Part shown: positions 32,456 to 40,778 of the stretch, one piece after another
Numbering within the stretch: the first letter of the stretch is position 1
Layout of the letters: every line of letters begins with the position of its first letter
Assembly: GCA_019058245.1 (NCBI GenBank)
Contig: JAHPZJ010000028.1
Span: 64,001-128,000, forward strand
Reading direction: 5' to 3'
DNA: 64,000 bases
From: Promethearchaeota archaeon
GTDB taxonomy: Archaea > Asgardarchaeota > Lokiarchaeia > Sigyniarchaeales > SOKP01
Notes under the pieces: model-generated
Seen by the model: the letters and a program-made list of their open reading frames with translations, nothing else
What the model was told of the DNA's origin: nothing
Databases searched by the model: none
Made by a program: the position numbers and the translations under genes

Positions 32456-34039
32456 TTAGTTAGATATTTTTGCTGATTTTCGTTTCTTTTTAATTAGAGG
32501 TATAAGCTCAGTTTCTTTTTCATGAATTTCTGGTTTGTAAATTATAGTGTCTTTTTTAACCTTTCCTTCTGACATCAATTCTTTTAGTTCATCAGAAATT
32601 AACGAAAGATTCATTCCCATCGACTGAAGCATTTCTCTTCCGCTTTTTATTACCGTTTTAGCAAAACGAGGTATATTTCGCCCCATCCAGTTGAATTGAC
32701 CAAAGGGATTAGTATATCTTTTTATGAGCATTCTTAGCCAACCCTTACTAAGATAATATGCAGAATATGCTTCACCGACTAATTGAAAAAGTTCGTTATT
32801 GGTTAATTGTTCTGTACGCATCATTGGATGGAACAAATCATAATGTTTGAAATTATTACTAGTTATCATATTTTTTTCCGACATTTCTTTGTAAAAATCG
32901 GTACCTGGAAAGGCAGTAATGGGTGTAAATTGAATACAGGTTAAATTAAGGGATTTTGCGAACTGAATATTTTGTCTTACCATCGTTTTAGTTTCACCTG
33001 GAAAACCAATTATTACCCCTCCAAAAATTGAAATTCCACGATCTTGTAACATAGATACGACTTTTTTTACCATATTAGGAGTTAGATTTTTTTTATTCAT
33101 TGCATCAAGGCTTTGTTGATGCACGGATTCGATACCAAGAAACACTTGTCTCATACCTGCTTTGTGCATTAAATCAATTAAGCTTGGATTCCTATATAAC
33201 GTATCAACTCTAGATTGACAAGAGAAGTACATTTTGTTGGGGATTCCTGAACGTATCATAGTTTCAAGGATTTCTTTTGTTCTTTTTGTTTTAATAGTAA
33301 AGTTGTCTTCACAGAAAAAAATAAAATCATTTTTCCAATCAACGTCATATATTTCTTGCATAATCCTTTTAGTTGATTTTGTACGATAAGTTACAGGATG
33401 ATCTGGATTTCTCCACATTTTTATAATACAACAGAATTTACAATTATGAGGACATCCTCTTGATGTTTCAAGTTGGGCAACCCTAGCACCTAAATAGACA
33501 TATTTTTTATCATCTAATAAATCCCTCCGAGGCATTGGAAAATTATCTAAATTAAGTTCTAATCTACGATCTTTATTATGAATGACTATCCCTTCTTTAT
33601 TTTTATATGAAACACCATCTATTTTACTTAATAGTTTAGTTCCTTTATTTCCATCGATATATTCAACAAGTTCGCGGAAAGTGTGTTCTCCCTCTCCACG
33701 TACAACATAATCTATTGAAGGGTGTTTTGCTACTGATTCTGGGGCTAATGTGGGTTGATATCCCCCAATTATTGTAGTGCATCCGTGCTCTTTTGCCATC
33801 TGCGCAACTTCAAATGCATGAGAGATTTGTGGTGTCATGCTTGTAAGAGCGACTATGTCATTTTGATTTAATAATGAACGAAATCTCTTTTCATTATACT
33901 TATGGACTTTGAAATCAAATAATTTAGCATCATGTTCTGGAACCATTGCAGCAATTGAAATTAAACTTAAGGGAGGTCCTTTGATTATAGCATCAAGTCC
34001 AGAAGTCAATCGAGCAGGATTAACGTATAAAATCTTCAT
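32456..34039 (-). CDS. B12-binding radical SAM protein
   Basis: PPLSL, GG.QPT, VVRGEGE, TSRGCPHNCKFC, GIES, IIGFPGET, FPGT. Confidence 0.93.
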   Translation of the reverse strand: MKILYVNPARLTSGLDAIIKGPPLSLISIAAMVPEHDAKLFDFKVHKYNEKRFRSLLNQNDIVALTSMTPQISHAFEVAQMAKEHGCTTIIGGYQPTLAPESVAKHPSIDYVVRGEGEHTFRELVEYIDGNKGTKLLSKIDGVSYKNKEGIVIHNKDRRLELNLDNFPMPRRDLLDDKKYVYLGARVAQLETSRGCPHNCKFCCIIKMWRNPDHPVTYRTKSTKRIMQEIYDVDWKNDFIFFCEDNFTIKTKRTKEILETMIRSGIPNKMYFSCQSRVDTLYRNPSLIDLMHKAGMRQVFLGIESVHQQSLDAMNKKNLTPNMVKKVVSMLQDRGISIFGGVIIGFPGETKTMVRQNIQFAKSLNLTCIQFTPITAFPGTDFYKEMSEKNMITSNNFKHYDLFHPMMRTEQLTNNELFQLVGEAYSAYYLSKGWLRMLIKRYTNPFGQFNWMGRNIPRFAKTVIKSGREMLQSMGMNLSLISDELKELMSEGKVKKDTIIYKPEIHEKETELIPLIKKKRKSAKISN

Positions 34040-34527
34040 CTTTCTAATTCCTTAATTTTTTTTTTTTCATTTTTTTTATCAACGTGCCTAAATTCCACTA
34101 TCTAAAATTAAAACTTAATAATAATAGAGAAGTAGTGGTACAGAGAATTCTATAGAGAGTTCTCTAGACAAATAAACACTTTATAATTATATAGTTAAAC
34201 CATCTATTTAAACTTTTTGTTATATCTACATAGCTGTAAAAAACACAAAGAGGGTTTAAAAATTCAATATAGGAAAATATGGTATTTTTTTATATATGAT
34301 TTCTTATTAATTAAAATATTTTTTTTTCAAGTATATAAAAAATTGAGTCGTAATATTCAACAATTATAAATACCAGCGACGTGGAAAAAGTAATAAGATT
34401 ATATAAAATGGTTAAACAAGATTATTATAAAGGAGCTTGTAACGTTGAGATGAATAATGTTGCGTGTGAGGCCACTTTGAAATTTTATTGTCTAAGAGCA
34501 TAAATTGTTACTGTTAGGTACTACTAA

Positions 34528-35673
34528 TCATTTGAGGGATTCAAAATATTCAATTAAAGTATTTTTTATCAACTCAAAATGACCCAAATGAGTTTTTTTA
34601 AGATCATCAAGAGCTTCTTTTATCCCTAATTTCTCAATCCTTTCAGTTATTGTGTAATATGGTGATTTTTTCAATTCCTTTGCTAACTGTTTATTTTTCT
34701 CAATACCTTCGAAGAGATAATCATTCGGATTGAGATAATGTTTACCTAACATTCCTTGAATTATCGCTATTAACATTATATCAAAGGTAATTCTTAGTAT
34801 TATTTCATGATCAAAATCTGATATTATTGGAAATAAATAAGATTTAAGCATAGTAATTGATTTTTTGAACAAATCAAAAGATTCATTTCCTAATTGTTTA
34901 ATTCTTTCATTATAAGCACGATCTTCAGATACCCTTAAACACAATGCTGAGACTGTTTGATATTCTGCAATAAAATGAATAAATCGTGCTTTAACATTAA
35001 GATAAGTATTTTTTGATTCTTCTTCATCTATCATCGTATCTAAATCATTTAGGGATTTTCTAAAATATTCAGCAATATCATTAAACTTTTTAGCGGAAGC
35101 TTCAAATTCTTTCCTTATTAAGAGATTCAATGCTTTTTTTTCTTCTTGTTCATAAAGCTCATCGAATTTATTAATTTTCATTACTGACTTTAAAATTAAA
35201 CGCTTACCCACATCTTTTTTGATTCTGGATCGTTCAAAAGATTGTCCTGCTTTTAAGAGAAGTATTGAAGATAAACTATTATATTCTTCGGGATCAGTTT
35301 GATATAAATAATCTGAAGCCGTTTCCCACGCTTCTCCAGCAGTCTCCCAGTCATGCATATTAAATGATATATTTCCTAATTGAATCAATAATTTTGCAGA
35401 AACTTCATAAAGTTTAAGTTCTTCAGTTTTTCTGATAATGGATTTTAATCTATAAACCGCTTGAATGTTATTCTTAAATTGTGAGATAATTTGAGCGATT
35501 CTAATGTAAAGTTCATCTAATTTAATGTAACTCCCTAAATCAAGATAAATAGAAGCTGCTTTCTCATATAAATTGATTGATTCCTTTCCTTTTCCACGAT
35601 CAGCAAGTGTTTCTGCTTGATCAATTAATTTTATAGCTTCTAATTCTTTCTCGTCACTATAGCGATTATCCAT
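34528..35673 (-). CDS. TPR/alpha-SNAP-like helical repeat protein
   Basis: A..L..LYEKAASIY, AGEAWETASDY, KAGQSF, ASAKKF repeats. Confidence 0.65.
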   Translation of the reverse strand: MDNRYSDEKELEAIKLIDQAETLADRGKGKESINLYEKAASIYLDLGSYIKLDELYIRIAQIISQFKNNIQAVYRLKSIIRKTEELKLYEVSAKLLIQLGNISFNMHDWETAGEAWETASDYLYQTDPEEYNSLSSILLLKAGQSFERSRIKKDVGKRLILKSVMKINKFDELYEQEEKKALNLLIRKEFEASAKKFNDIAEYFRKSLNDLDTMIDEEESKNTYLNVKARFIHFIAEYQTVSALCLRVSEDRAYNERIKQLGNESFDLFKKSITMLKSYLFPIISDFDHEIILRITFDIMLIAIIQGMLGKHYLNPNDYLFEGIEKNKQLAKELKKSPYYTITERIEKLGIKEALDDLKKTHLGHFELIKNTLIEYFESLK

Positions 35674-35834
35674 GATAAATTGCTCTTAATAATCTGAAAT
35701 TTTAGTAATTAACAGTTTAAATTAAAGTTTCAATCCAAATACATAAGCTTAATTAAGATATTAAAACCTTAGTATTAATAGCTTTTTATATATAATTTAC
35801 TTTTAGATATCTTTGTAAAAGAATAAAAAACAAG

Positions 35835-36725
35835 TTATTTTGAGAATTGGTTAAAGATTTTTATTTTTCCTCTTTTTATAATGTTTTTAAATTCTATTGA
35901 TTGAAACACCGATGCAAAAGATTCCTTAGCGTCTTCAATCGCACCATAGAAAATGAAATTACTATACAATGTCGCGATAGACATGATACTAGCTCTTCTA
36001 TATTTTGTATGATATTTTATATTTAAATGTGGAGAAGAATATGGAAAGAGAAATAGATTAGGTGCTGTGCCCACAGGAAGTTTTAATGAGGTGCTAATTA
36101 ATTGTTGTGTTTCAAGTATATGAGCTAAGCTCTCTAAATTTACAACACCACCATCTACCCAGAGTTTTTCGACACCAATTTCTTTTAATCCATTAATTAT
36201 GCTTACATTACCAGGTTGATTTTTTTCTGTAATATAAGCATATCTTTGAGTCGAAGTCATATTTCCTGAACCAAGAATTAATATAACTACTGATTTGATT
36301 TTATATTTACGTAGTAGTTCTACTTCTTTCTTGTTTTTTAAATTTGAAATTGTATTATATATATATTGATCTGGATTTATATCATGCTCTGCAAGATATT
36401 CAATTCCGACGACTCTTGATTCAAAATCTCCCCCTAAAACGAAGGGAGGTTCAAAATTATCTAAATAAAATTCTAAATATTTTATCATTGATTTAGGTGT
36501 ATTAGCTGATATTTCTACTAAATGAGGGATTTTATATCTTTCTGATAAAGCTTGTTGTGTTTTAATCCGTTTAATCGCTTTTTGATGATTAAAAATTTCT
36601 GGATTTTTTCGATCAACAATAGTTTCATTCTTATAAAAGATTGTTCCAATTAATAGGGGTGGTAAATTAAATTCTCCTCTTTCTAATTTTATATCCCCAT
36701 AAGAAAAAAATTCAGAATCATCCAT
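35835..36725 (-). CDS. MtrH-family pterin methyltransferase-like protein
   Basis: PPLLIGTIFY..E.IV, IYNTI, VDGGV, LPVGTAPN, FIFYGAIE.A. Confidence 0.75.
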   Translation of the reverse strand: MDDSEFFSYGDIKLERGEFNLPPLLIGTIFYKNETIVDRKNPEIFNHQKAIKRIKTQQALSERYKIPHLVEISANTPKSMIKYLEFYLDNFEPPFVLGGDFESRVVGIEYLAEHDINPDQYIYNTISNLKNKKEVELLRKYKIKSVVILILGSGNMTSTQRYAYITEKNQPGNVSIINGLKEIGVEKLWVDGGVVNLESLAHILETQQLISTSLKLPVGTAPNLFLFPYSSPHLNIKYHTKYRRASIMSIATLYSNFIFYGAIEDAKESFASVFQSIEFKNIIKRGKIKIFNQFSK

Positions 36726-36908
36726 TTTTAAATCATTTATCTAATATAATACTTAAATATGAATTATATGCTATTTAATCTGCTTACTTTTTCAAAGTCA
36801 AGATAATTTTATATTATCCTAGAAACTTGGAATTAAAAATTATGAAGACTATTATTTAATTAAGAATTAAAAAAACTTAATAAAAAAAATTTTTAGTATT
36901 ATAATAAA

Positions 36909-37151
36909 ATGAATGGTGACGAAGTCTCACAAGTTAATGTAGCAGCATATTATCTCGCACAAAAAGGCTATACTTATGATAAACTATGTTGGATGTTAGC
37001 GGAAAGACAGCTATTCCTTCAAAGAGACCCAAATTATAAAAATGAAAGCAAGATAAAGGAAAAAGCAGCTGAAATTTTCTTTTCTGGTCCTACATACGAC
37101 GTGCTATGTTATTTAATCTCAGAAGTTGATATTAAGATGAAATTACAATAA
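36909..37151 (+). CDS. Stand-alone small helical protein homologous to the C-terminal domain of 10296-11177
   Basis: VAAYYLA..YTYDKLCWMLAE...IKEKAAEIF..TYDVLCYLISE aligns with the gelsolin-protein tail. Confidence 0.8.
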   Translation: MNGDEVSQVNVAAYYLAQKGYTYDKLCWMLAERQLFLQRDPNYKNESKIKEKAAEIFFSGPTYDVLCYLISEVDIKMKLQ

Positions 37152-37249
37152 AAGAAGTGACATAATAAATCTAAAGTATTTTGAGAAGAAAATTTATAAG
37201 AGTGAATTAAAAAAGATTTAATTATATATATTATGCATCTAAATCGATT

Positions 37250-38455
37250 TTAATACAAATGCAATCGAAAATCACAGTTGCGACAATGTCCTTCTTTTAG
37301 TTTTTTGAAACATTCTTCATGATAAAGAGTATTACACTGAAGATTTCCGCATTGAACTGCAGATTGACCTTTTTCAAAAATTAAATGACATACAGGACAT
37401 GCGATAAAAAGAGCCTCTTCCCCCAATAAAGCAATATCTTTTACATATTTAGCTGGTATAATATCAGGTTTCTGTGTGGTTTCTTCTTTCAATCCTCTGG
37501 TAAGGACTTGTAATTTTTGAATTTGAGTAACTTCCATTGGTATTTTTAAAAGATAAAAGCAATGTGGACATCTTGCAGTGCCAGATTTCTTTACTTGATG
37601 ATTTTTTTGAGAATCTGCCCATGCGGCTAAACAATGTATATGAAAAGGTGTGGTACAATTTGGGCAATATCTTCCAGTTACATAGAAAGACCCTTTTGTA
37701 TACGGATTTTGATCAGAGAAGCAAATAGAGCATTTTTTAAAATCAACTTCTCCTCTAATTTGTTTTGCTCGTTGTTCTTGATCTTTTGTTAAATCTTGAA
37801 CTCTTAGTAGATCAGCTGCAATCTTTCTAAGAAAAGCAGGATTTTCTATAAGAGTTTCTTTTCTTGATCCATATGTTTTATAGTTATCATCAGCAATTTC
37901 TTTAGCGGAATTAATCAATGATTCAAGATCATTATTGTAAAAATTTCGACCACCTGTAATATCACTTATTTTCTTAAGTATATTTTGTTTTCTTGTATTT
38001 CCTAAACTTAAAGTGTCTATTCGAATATTTAGTCCTTGGGCTAAACGTGCCATTTTGATTGGATCTACAGCAGTTTTCATAGAATTTCCATCAGAAATCA
38101 AAATTATTCGAGGTGTTTTGGCTCCAATTTTACGTAACTCTCCAATTAAAGTTTTTATCGATAAAGCTAATGCATCCCCTATAGCGGAGTAACCACCACA
38201 TTTTAGAGAATCCAAAGCTTCAATGAGATTATGTTCAAAACTTGAAGTGCTAAAGTCCACGACTTTTGTAGCAATATTCGCGTATTTTATTAATGCAAAT
38301 GCACTTAAATTATCTATATTGAATCGTTCTTTAATCAATATCTTACTTGCAGAAATACAACAAGCTAATCTGTTTGGAGAAAAATCTTTTCTAAACATTG
38401 ATCTAGAAGTATCTATGCAAATAACTAGATTTTCAGGAATTCGATTCTCAGACAT
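37250..38455 (-). CDS. vWA domain plus two RING-like zinc fingers
   Basis: DTSRSM MIDAS, PNRL, ISDG, TGG; CSIC...CPNC..FH.HC..W...CPHC and CPVC...C....C...H..C...CRNC. Confidence 0.85.
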   Translation of the reverse strand: MSENRIPENLVICIDTSRSMFRKDFSPNRLACCISASKILIKERFNIDNLSAFALIKYANIATKVVDFSTSSFEHNLIEALDSLKCGGYSAIGDALALSIKTLIGELRKIGAKTPRIILISDGNSMKTAVDPIKMARLAQGLNIRIDTLSLGNTRKQNILKKISDITGGRNFYNNDLESLINSAKEIADDNYKTYGSRKETLIENPAFLRKIAADLLRVQDLTKDQEQRAKQIRGEVDFKKCSICFSDQNPYTKGSFYVTGRYCPNCTTPFHIHCLAAWADSQKNHQVKKSGTARCPHCFYLLKIPMEVTQIQKLQVLTRGLKEETTQKPDIIPAKYVKDIALLGEEALFIACPVCHLIFEKGQSAVQCGNLQCNTLYHEECFKKLKEGHCRNCDFRLHLY

Positions 38456-38683
38456 TTTGCCGATAATATAACTAATTCAAGCTTTTATTATTCTAAATAT
38501 AGAAAATAGCTTTATTGATTAATTGATTTTTTATACTTTTATTAATTACTAATTAATTAATACTGCTTCAATTAGATAAAGTTTTTTTTTACAAATATTA
38601 ATATATATTTAATAATACCTTTTTTTACTAGTAAAGATAAAAATATTATCTAAAAGAAAAATAATAATTTAATTTGATGTCTA

Positions 38684-39892
38684 ATGTCTGAAAATAGCAG
38701 TAAGAGTGTAGCTCTTAAAGATTTCTTTAAAAGAAATGTTCTTATTAATCAAATTGAAGAAGTTCTAAGATTTAAACCAGATACGTTAATAGGCGTTGAT
38801 AAAATCAGTTCTGAAAATTTGTCTAATGAAAGTATAAATACTATTGAAGAACTTGCTAATTTATCTGTAGCAAATCTTCCTGAAATAAAAGAAATACTAC
38901 CAAGCATGTTAATGAAATGGGTAAAAATCGCTCAGCTGATACAGAAAACTATAAAGGAACAACTACGGCGTCATAAAAAATTATTAATGATAGGGCTAGA
39001 TAATGGAGGAAAAACTTCTATCCTCGCAGTAGTTCAAGATAAATTCTCGATTATTAAATCTCTTTTACCTACAAGGGGCGTAAAAAGAGAGAAATTAGAT
39101 TTTTTTGGATATCCAATAATAAGTTGGGATTTAGGCGGTCAAGTACAATATAGAGAGAAGCTTTACTTTAATAGACCAGAATTATTTTTCACTGAAGCGG
39201 ATATTATGTTATATGTGGTAGATAGCCAAGATCCTGATAGAATTCCTGAAGCCGCCAATTATTTTCGAGAAGTATTAAAAGTATTACAAGAATTACATGA
39301 ATTACCTTCTGTTATGATTGTTTTAAGCAAAAGTGATCAAGATATACGAAAAGCACTTCAATGGCAACAAAATGTCACAAGCATAAAAAACAAATTTAAC
39401 AGTATTGCTAAGGAATTTGAAGGTTTCTCGGTTGATTATTGTGATACTACTATTTTTCAGAGAGAGACAATAATGCATATGTTCAGTGAGGCGTTAAAGA
39501 AGGTATCTGATACTTCTGAAATAATCGAACATATACTCGAAGAGTTTACACATCAAGTAGAAGCAAAAGCTTCAAGTCTTGTATCAATGGATGGCTTAAT
39601 TTTTGGAAGCTATACTGGATCAGATACAGATGAAATGCTAGTAAATAATACGGCATTATTGCTTCAAACGCTTTCGAACTTCTACAATTCAATTGGCTTA
39701 ATAAGGGAAAAAACGATAAAATTGGAACTACCTCTTAATGGATTTACTATTTGCGGAGAAAAATTATTCGAATATTCCGAATTGCAGATACCTGTATTTT
39801 TGTGGATGCTTTCAGAAAACCCAGAATTATTGGATGGAAGACTTGATTATTTTAGAGAACAATTACTTCCGTTGATTAATCTTTTTCTTTAA
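38684..39892 (+). CDS. Arf-like small GTPase with N-terminal HhH-like and C-terminal roadblock/longin-like domains
   Basis: GLDNGGKTS, PTRG, WDLGGQ, SKSD; C-terminal SLVSMDGLIFG. Confidence 0.85.
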   Translation: MSENSSKSVALKDFFKRNVLINQIEEVLRFKPDTLIGVDKISSENLSNESINTIEELANLSVANLPEIKEILPSMLMKWVKIAQLIQKTIKEQLRRHKKLLMIGLDNGGKTSILAVVQDKFSIIKSLLPTRGVKREKLDFFGYPIISWDLGGQVQYREKLYFNRPELFFTEADIMLYVVDSQDPDRIPEAANYFREVLKVLQELHELPSVMIVLSKSDQDIRKALQWQQNVTSIKNKFNSIAKEFEGFSVDYCDTTIFQRETIMHMFSEALKKVSDTSEIIEHILEEFTHQVEAKASSLVSMDGLIFGSYTGSDTDEMLVNNTALLLQTLSNFYNSIGLIREKTIKLELPLNGFTICGEKLFEYSELQIPVFLWMLSENPELLDGRLDYFREQLLPLINLFL

Positions 39893-39916
39893 ATATCTTT
39901 ATAAAATTCAAAATAT

Positions 39917-40147
39917 TTACTCTAATTCTAATTCCTTATTTGCTAAAATTAAAAACTCATTACATTTATCTAACATTTTAATTGCATTATCTAAGTTTTC
40001 GACTACTGATTCTAAACCTTTTTCTTGAGCAACATTTCTCCATTTTATGAAATTTTCCTTATGTGAATCATTATGATCTGCCCAATGTTTACATAGTTTT
40101 GATAATTTTAAAATATCCTTATCTTGTTTATCCAAAATATTGTTCAT
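39917..40147 (-). CDS. Small His-motif helical protein (possible metal binding)
   Basis: HWADHNDSH..F..W. Confidence 0.65.
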   Translation of the reverse strand: MNNILDKQDKDILKLSKLCKHWADHNDSHKENFIKWRNVAQEKGLESVVENLDNAIKMLDKCNEFLILANKELELE

Positions 40148-40277
40148 CTCTTATTATTATCCAGTATTATGATGAAAAGATTCTTTATACATTAAGTTTT
40201 AGGTTTTCTATTTGAATACATTTATATAATTATAGACTATTGGTAAATTATTTTTAATAAATTAGAATTGGAATAAT

Positions 40278-40667
40278 ATGCAAGAAATTAAAGATTTTGA
40301 TACTGAAGCAAAAAAACGTATGAAATGGATTACCTACAAAGAAAATGAAATTCTTCTTGATGATTATACAAATATTTATCCTGAACAATTTGCACCCCTC
40401 ATCAAAAGGATTACTGATCTTACATTTCAATCAGGAAAGAAAGATATTTTATTAATAGTTGATGTAACAGGAGCATATGCTAATAAAGAAGCTGTTGATG
40501 CATTTGTTGAAGCAAGTAAGAAATCAAAACCACTCTTAAAAAAAACTGCTGTTGTTGGAATAACGGGTGTAAAAAAAATATTTCTAAATATTGTTAATAA
40601 ATTCTCAGGAGTAAATGCTAAAGCAGTAGCCTCAATGGAAGATGCTAAAGAATGGTTATTAAAATAG
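40278..40667 (+). CDS. STAS/SEC14 (SpoIIAA-like) domain protein
   Basis: LLIVDVT, KTAVVG, EDAKEWL. Confidence 0.65.
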   Translation: MQEIKDFDTEAKKRMKWITYKENEILLDDYTNIYPEQFAPLIKRITDLTFQSGKKDILLIVDVTGAYANKEAVDAFVEASKKSKPLLKKTAVVGITGVKKIFLNIVNKFSGVNAKAVASMEDAKEWLLK

Positions 40668-40778
40668 TTAATTAAAAATAATTCTAATCTAATTTAATAA
40701 ATGTTAATATAATCAAGTAGACTTACTATTTTATAGACTAAAACAAAAAAAAATAGAAAAAAAGTAAGAAAAATTATT

